A stretch of DNA of 64,000 nt from Gonapodya sp. JEL0774 (lineage: Eukaryota): assembly GCA_027604505.1 (NCBI GenBank), contig JADIIX010000020.1, positions 62,001 through 126,000 on the forward strand, given 5' to 3'. The notes beneath the pieces are model-generated. The model did not search any database. It saw nothing but the letters and a program-made list of their open reading frames with translations, and was not told the DNA's origin. Below, one piece after another: positions 23,901 through 35,900 of this stretch. Both the position numbers and the translations under genes were made by a program. Position 1 is the stretch's first letter, and every line of letters begins with the position of its first letter.

Positions 23901-26568
23901 TCCCGCAAATTCGTTTCTGGCAGCTTTCCCGATCCCCCACATCCCCAGCGTCGGCCGCCACGCTGACGCCCGGGTCGCCGCCGACCACGCCTGGTTCGGG
24001 AACCGCGGCGCTCAAAAGGCCGGCAAAGGAGTTGTCCAAGGTGGTCGGACTGGAAGAGCCGTGGGTCTTGGCGGATGTGACGGGAGACGGAGTTTGGGCC
24101 GTGGCGGTGGACGAGGGCGGGGTGGCAAGGTGGGTCTGTTGTGGGTGTGATGGGATGGAGGAAGCGACGTTGCGAGAACCCCAGCAAAAACGGCCCGACA
24201 CACCCTCCTCAGGATATTCATGCCCTGGAATGCCTCTCACAAACCCGTGGTCCTGAGCCCCCAACCCCCGACCCCCACTGCCCTCGCGGCGCAATCTCTC
24301 CCCACGAACCGCCTCCAAATCGCCGTTGGATGTTCCGACGGGTCCCTTGTTGTCTACAGCGCGCGGATCGACCGGTGCCACTTGGTACAGACCTACAAGG
24401 ATCACGCGAGCTCGATTACTGCCGTCCTCTTTGCGGAGGGTGGAAGGAAGTTGGTGGCGGCGGGGTGGGATGGGATAGTGGTCGTGAGGGTCAGGGAGAG
24501 AGACGATGCGGTGAGTGAGTGGTGATAGTTGCAGGAATGGGAGTTTCTAGACCGAAGTGGTGGTTTGCATGGGTTGTCTCTGGACGGGAGTTGGGTTCGC
24601 ACTGAACAATGAGTTTGTTGTCCACGCTGCGCTCGCAGGAATATCTCGTGACGCACACCATCCGGCTCGAAGTTCCCATTCACAACATCTCCCTCGATCC
24701 CGCAAACCGCCACCTCGTGATCCTCACCGACCCACGGACCGTGTCGGTGTATTCCTTGGCCTCAGCCAAGTGCTTGCGTGTGTACACAGAGGAAACCGAT
24801 CCGGACAACCTTGGAGCCAAGGATGATGTGGTGTATCGGCGAGCAAGTGTGCATCCGAGTGGCCTCATTATGGGAGTGGCGGGATCGGATGGTATTGTGA
24901 GAGTGGTGAGTTTGTCCAACAGGGCTGGCCCAACAATAGAAGGGCAGGTTGTGCTTCTGGTATCGGGAATTCCAATTCACATGCTCAATTTGCTTTCATT
25001 CTGTATGTTTGGCTTGACAGCTCGATTTCTGGAGCGGCGACTGCATCGGAACACTGGAAGCAGCGTCGCCACCGCTCGCCGGTCTCTTCTTCTCTCCCTG
25101 CGAAAAACGGGCGGTGGTGCTTTCCGAAGATGGTAACATTGCGGTGTTCCGTCTGCCTCCTTCGGCAATTCGGGAAGCTCGGGCGAGGCTCAATGCCGCG
25201 GGAACCATCAGTACCGTCAAAGAACTCGAGCCCACCGGGAGCACTCGCTTGGGCTTTTCCGACGATAATTTACCTTCGTGGGCACGTGCTGCTTTCCGAG
25301 GTGACAGGGACGACAAGCAAACGGATCGGGAACAGACGTTCAAACCCCCAGTCGTGAAGGGCAGGTGGGCGGAGCGACTGGGTGAGAATGATCGAGTTGT
25401 GCTGTTTTCGGAGGAGGACGGCGGACGGGTTGCCAGACTTGACGACTGGAAACGGCGAAGATTTACGTTGCCTCCTGGAACACCTGGTGGCCGAGGTGGT
25501 GCCGACGAGGACAGTGAGAGTGACGACGACGACGAGCAGAAATCGGACGGATCTTCCACGGTGCGGTTTGACATTGGTGAGAACGATACATTCTCGGCAC
25601 CGTTTTTGCTCCAGTCCCGTGTGGAGCGGCTCGGTGGACTCGGAGTGGCAGTACTTGGGGACACGTCAAACCAAGACATTCGACCTGCACCAGGATATTC
25701 CACTCCGACTCGAGAGCGAGACACTGAACCGGCCAAATCTTCTGTCTTTCCCTTTTTACCGTCAAATGTGACCTCGATCGGGCAAAATCCGAACCCACCT
25801 CTCCCTGACTCTCGTGCTCCCTTGCCTTCACTACCCCCACCGCAACCCCCCGCGAACACGATCGAATCTTTAGAAGGAAATGTACCACGCAAGTTGTCCG
25901 ATCCATCATCTCAATCGACAACGGGGGTTAGCACTCTCCCGGATCTCCCGCAGCCTCGTAGTAAATCTGTGGGAGGTGGTCGAGACGCGACCACACAACG
26001 ACAGGGTTCTGTGAATCGGACTTCATCGGACGAAGTAGATCGCATCCGCCAAAGGCTTCAGAGTCTTGGGATTACTTGGAGACCTGCAAGCGAATCCGGA
26101 TCTATAAATTCTTCTCAAGTTTCTCTTCAATCGGACAAACCGACCCCTCTTCCAACCTCTTCAGGCTTCCATCCTGCGCAGTCGACCTCAATGAATACAA
26201 GTCCGTCGAGAACCGAGCCAATTGTCCAGTTAGCACGAAATGCAAACGGTGGGTTGATTCTTAGCTACGGCTACCATTTGTTTCGATACTTACTGATACT
26301 TCCAGTCGACGCCATTCGAGCCGAATTTCAATCCATAACCTCTAGACTTCAAAGTTTAAAGCTCTTGGAGTCCGAAATCGCTGCAGTTTCCGGGGATCGC
26401 ACAGATGAGGCTCGTCTGTTGGAGCTCAGGCGAGGATTCGAAAATGCTGCGGAGATCGTGAACGGTACGAACCGAACCTCTGAACGGCGTACTGCACCTC
26501 TGACAATGTCAAATCCGCGTGTTCGCGAATTTATGGACACTGTGTTGAAAATGGTCAACGAGTTGTGA
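21000..26568 (+). CDS. WD40-repeat protein, WDR62/MAPKBP1-like
   Basis: Spliced IYLERIIGSS..AAHPSLPLFAYPAGRALVLYNYKKHKQSF..IASVAFDPEG..VGEKGPN|PRILIW resembles MAPKBP1 LEKVLG..AYPAGCVVVLFNPRKHKQ..ALAFSPDG..GESGHMPAVRVW. Also DPTITVWNW, FVTASTHSIKYW and KDHASSITAV, then LPSWA and a low-complexity tail. Includes a 10-nt microexon at 21192-21201. Confidence 0.8.
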
Positions 26569-26706
26569 TTAAATATCTAATGAAGGGCCCTTAATGTAAA
26601 TGCTTAACAGTGATTTCCGTGCAAATTGTCGCTCTCGATGTATGAGCATGTGCATTTGTTGGTGCATGCTGGGAACAAAACCAAGCGGCCAGCTTTCCTC
26701 ATAATC

Positions 26707-28699
26707 ATGGGAGACTCCAGTTCGAACGCGGTCCCCGCAGACGAATCTGGCACTCTTATAATATGTGGAGGTACTGACTGGCCCATCCTAGGCCGGACTC
26801 AAAGCCAGAAGCTCGTTCCGTTGAAGTCTCCCGACCTCCCTCAGTTTCATGTCGTTGGAGCTCTGAAGGATAAGAAAGTCCGGCATGTCACCACTGGGCC
26901 CATCTCTTGTCATAATCTTGTGGTCACTGGTGAGTTTTTACTCTCATAATGATGAAGCGTGCTCATATGTCAGCGAGTAGACTGTGGAATGAAAACTATC
27001 TGGCCCTATGGTTTCCTCACGATTGATCCGATTTTACCTCTATCCACATACATAATTAACAGATGATGAAGCTGTCTATGTCTTTGGACGAAACGATTGC
27101 GGCCAATTGGGATTCGGGGATCTCACCGCCAGACTTGGACCAACCCGCCTGAATCTCCCTGATGGAGTCACAGTCTCTAAGGCAGCCACTGGACGCAATC
27201 ATACTGTGATTGTCTCGAAGACGGGTAAAGTCTACGCCATGGGAGACAATCGATACGGGCAGTGCGGCAACAGCAATCTAAAAAATATTACGACGCCAAC
27301 ACACATTTCGGCGCTGAATGTAACCGTTGTGGACGTCGCCTGCGGTGGCGACTTCACTGTATGCTTATCCGACAAGGGCAAACTCTTCTCATTTGGTCAT
27401 CCTGAAAATGGCCAATTGGGAAACGGCACTGATGGGAAGACGCTTCAAGCGAATCGAGTTTATTACGACCCGTATCCGTCGCCGAGTGAGTTTTTAGTTT
27501 CTCTTGCGTTGGAGCATTATCTTCACGTAGAAGTTATTGGAGAGGAAGTGGCATCTTGGAATCTCTTCGGTGGAATTGCTCCTACAAGCTCCGAACTAAG
27601 TACTTCAATTCGGTCAAATGACAACAACCTCTTGAATCGCACACAGGGGTGATATCCGCACTAGAAGATGTTCAAATCAAGTCAATTTCCTGCGGAACGA
27701 ATCACACTTTGGCTCTCGACTCGACCGGACAAATTTGGTCATGGGGGGCAGGAGGTTATGGACGTCTGGGCCATGGCGACCAAAAGGACCAATTGAGGCC
27801 AAAGATGATAATTGCACCACGTCCGTGGACGCAAATGCGCGCTGGCGCCACGTTTAGCATGGCGATCGATCAGTACAGTAACTATCACATGTGGGGCAAG
27901 TTTAAGGGTGAGTCTTCTCTGACGCGGTTTTTGAGCTGAGAAATAAGTCGACGTTCATTTTTCATAGTTTCTGGAGAAGGAAGTTCTGGTTCCCCGTGAG
28001 TGTTTTACTTATCTTTTATTGTAAAATCGGTGTCACAGCAGATCAAACTCTTCAGGTGGACTCATCCTAAAATGGTGGCCGACTTGGCGGGATGGAAAGT
28101 CCGCTGCTTTGCTGGTAAGAGTACTTACCCAGTGACATCCGCCATGACATTTGTTGACAACTAGACAACGCTAAAGGCGGTGGGAGTCAAATTGCGGTTG
28201 TTGCGGATGAGTCAACAGTGACTTGGGGTCAAGCGTGCCATAACTATGAAGTGAGTCTTACCTTTTGAGAGTTCTGGAATTTCAATTATATATTCCGGTG
28301 ACAACTTCCGACCCTTACAACGAATAGCATGGTGCGGGGGAAGGTCAGTTCGACATAGCACATCGCGTTACCACGAAATTCTTGAAGTAAAACTGACAAA
28401 TGACGTCATACGGTGTACCAGGCAAACCCAAATCCCAGTCTAAACCGGACCGCCTGGCGTATCTAGAAGGAGTACACGCCATTCGAGTTGATTGTGGGTC
28501 CATGCACACTTTGCTTCTTGCTTCTCCCAGCGAAAAGGTTTCCGCTTTGCCGGTTTGGGAAACGGGCTCCGCGGAAGTGGAAGCAAAAGGTGGAAAGGGC
28601 GGAAGAAAGAGAAAAGCCGAGGACTCTGCTGTCGAAACAACTGAAAGTGGAGAGGGAAAGACGAGAGGCAAAGCGGTGAAGGCCACGAAGAAGAAGTAA
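26707..28699 (+). CDS. RCC2: RCC1-repeat protein, RCC2/TD-60-like
   Basis: GTLIICGGTDWPILGR resembles RCC2 GQLLIFGATNWDLIGR. Repeats GRNHTV, GDNRYGQCG, ACGGDFT, FSFGHPENGQLGNG, CGTNHTLALD..WSWGAGGYGRLGH. Confidence 0.8.
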
Positions 28700-29012
28700 T
28701 TGCATTTTATTTACTTTTGTTCATAAATTGTCCTTACGGACCTTCTGTATATGTAGTCAAATTTGGAGTTTGCCTGATACAGCACACAGAGCTCATTTGG
28801 AACAAGAACCCTCATCGTGGAACGATGGCAGGCGACGACGATGTTTCCCCACCTGGTGCGTGCCCTATAGATTTTTTTTGCGAGACCGAATGATCTCAAG
28901 TCTTGCTGTCCACTCCGCATGCCATTCGGTTCATACGTAAAACGATCATCCCACTTGTTCGTCCATCGTCCCTCCTTTCACCTGCCTTCTACGTTTCTGT
29001 ACCCTGTGATAC

Positions 29013-29519
29013 GTGGAAACTAATGGGAACTTTGTGGATACCTTCCATGATGGAACACATCGTGACTGTTCGGGATTGGTGGACCACTCAACTCACGTGC
29101 CTCCAACCAACCACTACAATCCCGATCTCTTTGATTTTGACGTATCAGAGATGCAAGTAACTCGCGAGCAGCTGCGTGAGGCGCGTGTGCCGCTGGCAAA
29201 ACGAGATTATTGCGCGCATCTTTACATTCCACTGGAGAAATGTCGCGAAAGGACACTCCGTACCCCGTGGAACTGCTCACACGAGCAACATGTCTACGAT
29301 TATTGCGAATACATGGAGTAAGTCCACCTGGGAATACTGGGCAGCTGCCTGCTTGCACCCAAACTCATTTTACCTTGTTCACACTATTTCACGTCAACGA
29401 ATTGTTCAAATATGAATCCGGTCCGTCCCGACACCACTCGAATTATCCCCTGTTTGTAAAGATATGAACGACGGATGAAAATTGCTCAAAAGAAGAAAGC
29501 AGAGGCCGCGTCGGTATAG
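29013..29519 (+). CDS. NDUFB7: Complex I accessory subunit B18 (NDUFB7); start uncertain
   Basis: MQVTREQLREARVPLAKRDYCAHLYIPLEKC..PWNCSHEQHVYDYCEYME|YERRMK, a twin CX9C pattern. Confidence 0.9.
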
Positions 29520-29629
29520 GTAGTTACAGTTGTATGAAACTAAAACATGTGAATAGTGCCTTCGCATGCAATCAGTCAGGTGAGGCACCACAATGAATCA
29601 ACTGATTCGTCCTTTGATGTGAGATTTAT

Positions 29630-29640
29630 TTAGGGTTAGG
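29630..29640 (+). promoter_or_regulatory. Telomeric-type TTAGGGTTAGG motif just upstream of the RAP1 start
   Basis: Sequence TTAGGGTTAGG lies 12 bp before ATG 29653. Any function is inferred. Confidence 0.25.
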
Positions 29641-29652
29641 TTTACTGCGGTC

Positions 29653-32600
29653 ATGCAACTCCAAGCGAAGACAACCTCTGCCATCATGAAACCTGATGAT
29701 GGTGGCATTGAGAGAAGCGGAAACGCATCACCATCAAGAACCCAAGACTATCGGAACGAGCCGCCTCTGCCTTTCTCAGGAGGACCACCACACAGGTCAC
29801 TATTCAAGGACAAAAGGGGTCAGCCGCTTAAGTTTTACTTCATGCGTGCCATTTTCCGAGGTGAGAAGGACAAAAAATACTACAAGGATCTCATCGAGGT
29901 ACGTCATTCAAATCGTTGACTTGATCCCTTGATCGTTGTTGGTGGATGCAATGTTCCCAACCCTAACGCACCGCCATCCCACTGGTCCAGCGGCACGGTG
30001 GGAACGTCATCGACGACGAGGGAGATCCGGCATTGTTTGCCAAGGTCGCTCCCAAAGATTATGAGACCTACAGGAAAGACATCGTGGAACTGGAATTCGT
30101 CGAAGAGTCTGTCCATACCGGCGAACTTGCCGACAAGGACGACTTTATGGTCCTGCCAAGATCAGAGGTTGAAGCCGACTCAACACGGGCCGATACAGTG
30201 GAGAGCAAAATAGGGTCCGTATCCCACAATCCTAAAATCTTTGTGGTCTTGAACGAGCGTGAATTTTACCAGACGTGCACATACTCGTAATGCCTTCACC
30301 GACGAGGACGACAAGATTCTGAGAGCTTGGCTTCGGAAAGCTGCTGACAGTGGTGATAATGCATTCGGTGGGAACGCAATTTACAAGAAACTGGCTGAGA
30401 AGGTAAACGAGTTTGGGTGGTATCGTGCAACGGGATTTTCACACCGTCGCTTTCAGCATCCTAACCACACATATCAATCCTGGCGTCATCGATATACCAA
30501 GCACTACAAATCTTTGTGGGAAGAGGACCTTTTGGCTCGAGCAGGGTTCGGGGTTGCAAACGAGCCAAAGATCGCTTCTGCGAAGGGGAGTCACGATGGT
30601 TCAACGGAAGATTCCTCAGCCACTCTTCCTGCAAATTCAAAACCGCAAGTAGCTCTGACACGTGGGGGCGTGAACGGGGGGGTCAAGTCTAAGAACCAAG
30701 TCAACAACCCTGGGGAGATGTCGGCACTGGTGCGATCTGTGAGTGAAATCAACCGCATCAATGTAGTTTCTTCATTTTGGAAGCTGATTTCTTACAGCGA
30801 ACGAAGTCCCCCACTGGTCGGTCTAAAACGGCGTCCCCGGAACTGTCCGCCAGCCTTAAATCCTCGGGCACGAAATCAGCATCTGATCCAGCCCGTAGTG
30901 CGAGGAAACCGTTTTTTAGAGAGGATAGTGATGAGAATGACAAGGCAGCTTCAACTCCCCGAAAGTCTCGACGGATGGACAAAGACGAGGCTCTATACGA
31001 GGCTTCGGAAGACGATGACGATGATGAAGACGACAAAGAAGAGGACGTGGACGAAGACGAAGACGAATTTGCCTCCAGCAAAGGACCGACGTCGACGAAA
31101 CAGAAGGCGAAGAAGACATTCAAGTCCCCAAGAAGATTGGCGAGGTAGGTCCTCTAGCTGCTCAGGTCCAATGGTTTCCGGGTCTCTCATGAGACTTCAA
31201 ATCCTAGAACTCGGACAGCATTCTCTGAAAACGATGTATTGTTTCTTCTGCGGGAGCTAGCAGAGGAAGCAACGGGAACGGTATTGGGGACGAACCTATA
31301 TGACAGGATGGCGAAGAAAGTGAGGTTTCACAGGCGGTGTTATTATAACACGACTTACTCACGTTATTCTGTTTTTTTGCTTCTTTCTGTTTCTTGTTGC
31401 TTTGAGAACCCGCGCCACACCGCGAAGTCATATCGTGAACATGTGATAAAGGTTATAAAACCCCACTGGGATCGATATGATTGGGAAGCCATCAGAAACG
31501 GTACTTTCCGTTTGTCTGAAGATCATCATCCGTCTGCCTCTCCTTCTCGGAAGCGGTTGGTTCAGGCAGACAGCGGGAATGTGATGAGAGCAGCGGACGA
31601 GCAGTCCCGCAGGGTCAGTATCAAGCGTCCTCGTTCCTCTAGTGAAGGAGAGGAGCTTAAAGAGGACGCTGAGGACGCTAGTCACTCCATACGTACCGTC
31701 AAGAGAATCAAGCGTGCGAAGCACCACGATGAGGATCTCAGTGATGGTATGGAGGTGGTTTCAGTTTCCGGTCCTGTCTCGGCACTGAACTCGAGGTAAG
31801 CTTTAAAAGAAGGTGAATAAGAGAGCAATTCATTTCTTGACCAATTGTGAAGAATTACAATTTTTAGACCGGCCCGAGACGAAGCTGGTTTGGCTGCGCA
31901 GTTGGCTGAGCTCGTTCAAGGAACCATTTCTGTGCGAAGTCCGAACGACAAGAAACCGGCTCGCTCCGAAATAAATGTCAAGCCTCTGGAGGCGCAATCA
32001 TCATTCCGTCCTCAGCCTGTAGTAGCAAAGCTCCAAGACGCGTCCAGGCCCGCATTGGGAACGGGACAGGCCCGTGCTCCGGTGCTCCCGATTTCTCAGA
32101 GCTTGCCGCCTCAAGCCGCCACTGGGAGAAGTTTCCTTCACATTCCACGACATATTATTGATGTTGACGACGAGCAAACGCCGGAACAATTGGCAGCCGA
32201 GAGGCAGATACTCGCCTTGGGCAGAGCTCGAGCGCGGGGGCAACTCGGTGGCTCACAGCAGTCGCAGCCGCTCCACAAGCAACCTGTGAAGTTATCTGCC
32301 ACATCCGCTCAGCATGCTGTCTTAAAAACGGCACTCAAGAAGACTCACCCGGTGGAAACACCAAAAGTAAAATCACAAGCTGGAACTTGGGAAGAAAATT
32401 ATGACCGACTAGTGGAAGAGTTCGGAGTTGCAGTTGTGCGCAAGGCAGTCTACATGACCAGTGGCTATCTGGATGTCGCCGAGAAGTTGCTACAGGTCGG
32501 CATCAGTAAAGTCGAGGAACTTCCGACCGAGATCCGACTCCAGGTATGGACTGAAATGGACGATGCGACATTGCAATCATTAGATTCAGGAGCTATTGCA

Positions 32601-32672
32601 GCGCTTTCGGATGAGCGAGGTGCCGCAAGACTCAAAAGCCGAGTTAGATGGATCGCGACTAAGCGGAAATAA
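29653..32672 (+). CDS. RAP1: Telomere protein Rap1 (BRCT, two Myb domains, RCT domain)
   Basis: BRCT: SLFKDKRGQPLKFYF..DLIE|RHGG. Myb1: RNAFTDEDDKIL..GGNAIYKKLAEK|HPNHTYQSWRHRY. Myb2: RTAFSENDVLFL..LGTNLYDRMAKK|NPRHTAKSYREH. RCT: KAVYMTSG..VWTEMDDATL..RVRWI. Confidence 0.85.
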
Positions 32673-32960
32673 CGTTTTATTCATGTAAATGTGGTAAATT
32701 GTACAGACGATGCAGAACTTACCAATAGTGTTAAAAATGTTGAGAATGCTCGACGTCCACGTGACCACAGTTGACTCTTGTTGCCGCACTGTATTCAATC
32801 ATTTGATTCAAGTCTGATCCGTTCTGAAACCCATAAAATTTACCTTCAGCGTCCTCGACGACCAAAGATTTTTTCGGGATTCGTCCTTTCTTGCCCTGAA
32901 AGTGGTGTTTTACGCGAATCATCTGGACACAGCCAAGACTGGAGAACATCCACGGGTACT

Positions 32961-35900
32961 ATGAAGCCTCAGAACGACGGAATCAAGCTCACGTCCGAGC
33001 AAGTTGCGAGGATGGGTGAGCCAGAGATCATGATTGGATGTTTTCTTTTGCAAACTTCATGCCGTTCACGTTGCCCAATATCCCAGAAGCGAACAAACGA
33101 AAAGCCCAGGTGAGAGCCGAAAACATGGCTTTTTGTGGTGATTATTGCCGCCATTTGATGCAAGAGTGATCCGTGGCTTGTCGAGTCACTGTCGAATCAC
33201 TAACCGAGAACGATCGGAGCAGTGGAGGTTCTCTCTTCTAACGTAAACACCAATTCAACCCAGGAGAAACTCAACACCAAGTCTTCGTCAACTCAGAAGT
33301 CAACTCAAAAGGCCTCATCCAGTACCCCGCTCTTACAGAAGTCTATCACATCGTTCTTCACACCGGGCATTCGGTCGTCCTCTTCTCCCACCTCCAACGA
33401 GACAGGAAAATCTAAGTCAGTTACTCAGCCTGCGAACGTTACACCCTTATTCGCAAGCCAAAAAAATGCTGGGGGTGCCATCTCGAGCTCATCCCGTCCA
33501 CGGCCAATGGAGTCATTCGATCTCGACAGTGATGATGATGCCCTCATGTCGCTTGTGGATGAGAACGGAGCAGTTCCGCAATCTTTTGAAACAGCGACAC
33601 GAAGCAGCGAGTCTCACGAAACTGTGTCCCTTGCACTGTCGTCGGATGAACCAAACAATGATCCCCACAGCCGCGATCACGATCGCATGGATGAAGACGA
33701 TGAGACTATGCAACCCTCAAAAGTAAGCTTTTCGAAGGCATTCGGATTTCTAACTTGTATTTATCAGATTTTGCCCACCCATTCCTAGACTCGACTCAAA
33801 CGACGCACACAGGCCTCAGTTGAAGCGGAGGATAACACATCGGGCGGAGAAGTTTCCAAGCCAGGTAAACTATTCGACTGTGTAGCAAGGCAATGCTACG
33901 ATCATGTAATGATTATCATCAGGGTCGTCCAAGCGACGACGTTTAATTTGTGCGCGGGAACAGCAGACCACCAAAAATTCCACAACTGAACAAGACGAGC
34001 ACCTCCCAGACAGCACATCGGAACAAGACTCAGATTATGAAATGATTGAGGAAGATGGAGGTGAGTGGCGTGTAATACCTTGATACGCTATGTAAAATCC
34101 AAACCAGTTCTTTTGTGTGAGATATATCCGATTCGAACTCTATCGATGATTTCGTGGTGTCCGATGATGATGATGAGGCGCTGTTTTCCTCAAAGCGGCG
34201 AAAAAAGAGCTCCGCCTCTTCAAGCGGGCCATCCAATGCAAGAACAAAGAAGCGGACGAGTTTGGGCAGTAACACTTCAGCAGAGACTCGCAGAGACTCG
34301 GGATCTAGCCTGGAGGGCTTTCGGCCTGAACGATTAGGTTGGAATGATCTTGCAACTCCGAGCAAGAGCATGGGCAAGGGTGGAATCCCCGACAAATTGA
34401 AGGTACGATGAACATGTTGTCAGATTTTCTCTCGTTGGTACTTTCATCGCAAATTGTTTCCACTTTATAGACTTTCATGTCCTCAACAACCAAGCGGAAG
34501 GAGCTTCCCACTCACTTCTCAACCCCTGTTAAGGTATGAAAATAGTTGCAATGTTATGTCCCATTGTCCCTTCCATTTTGAACCAATGTCGTTTGCCCAG
34601 TCGGATTCTTCACCGAGTGTTCCGAGCAACTACGACTTCCTATTGGAGGACCGAATACGGGACGCGGACGGGAGAAGGCCTGATGATCCAGACTACGACC
34701 CTAGAACAGTTTTCATTCCACCTGTATGTCATGCAATCACAGATGTTCTTTGTCTCAGTATGGATTAATGGGTCTTTTCGACATAGCATTTGTTCACCTC
34801 CAAAAATGGATTCACGGAGTTCGAGAAGCAGTACTGGGAGATCAAGAGCAAGTTTTTTGACACAATGTGAGCGTTTTTATGGGCACACGGAGTGTTCACA
34901 TTGTTAATCGACATCTCTTGGTGCAAATCCAAGTGTTTTCTTCAAGAAGGGGAAGTTCTATGGTTCGGAAACTTTCTGCGATTTCATCAGTTGGAAGGGC
35001 AGCAACTGATTTTAAACTGTTCTTTCCAGAGCTGTATGACAAAGATGCCGAGTACGTTAATGACGAGCTCTCTCCACACGAGGGTGATGCTGATAGTACC
35101 TTCCTAAATCGTCTCGTCGCAGCATTGCCCACCAGCAGTTTGACCTCCGCCTTGCAAACACTGATCGCGCGCATATGAGGATGGCTGGAGTTCCCGAGTC
35201 TGTTGTTGACGACTGGGTCGCACAGTTCCTTGCAAAAGGGCATAAGGTAGCAAAAGTGGACCAAGTTGAAACCGCGGTGGGAAAACGCATGGCAAAGAAG
35301 AATGGTCAAGTTATCAAGTCAAAGGCTGATTCTATTATCAAGAGGGAACTTACGCAAGTCCTAACGACGGGCAGTGAGTTTCTCAAAAAACTAGAATGGA
35401 TGGTTGTCCATGTTGGGGTTCGGACTTCATCGAAAGTGCACAACAAGTTCCTTCATTCTGATTTCTGTCTTCACTTGTTGTGTTGATGCAGCACTTACTG
35501 ACCCGTCACTCCTAACATCTGACATGGCAACGTACTGCATGTCGATAAAGGAGGATTTGCCCAACGATGAAGGCAGTCCAAGTAGGTACCGTTAGAACAT
35601 AGCTTTCCATTGTCGAGCTCTGATCACTTTTCACCTCGGAACAGCTTTCGGGATCGTGTTCGCGGACTGTTCAACAGCCCAATTCAATCTTTCCAGCTTC
35701 TCCGATGACGTGTCACGGTCGACGTTGGAAACTCTCCTCACTCAAGTGCAGCCGAAAGAAATTGTGTTCGAGAAAGGGCATTTGTCATCAAAGACAACCC
35801 GACTCATCAAAGCCTCCTGCCCTGCAGCAGCTTGGATCGGTCTCACAAGTGAAGCTGAGTTTTGGGATGCGGACCGAGCACTTTTGGAATTGCAGGCAGC

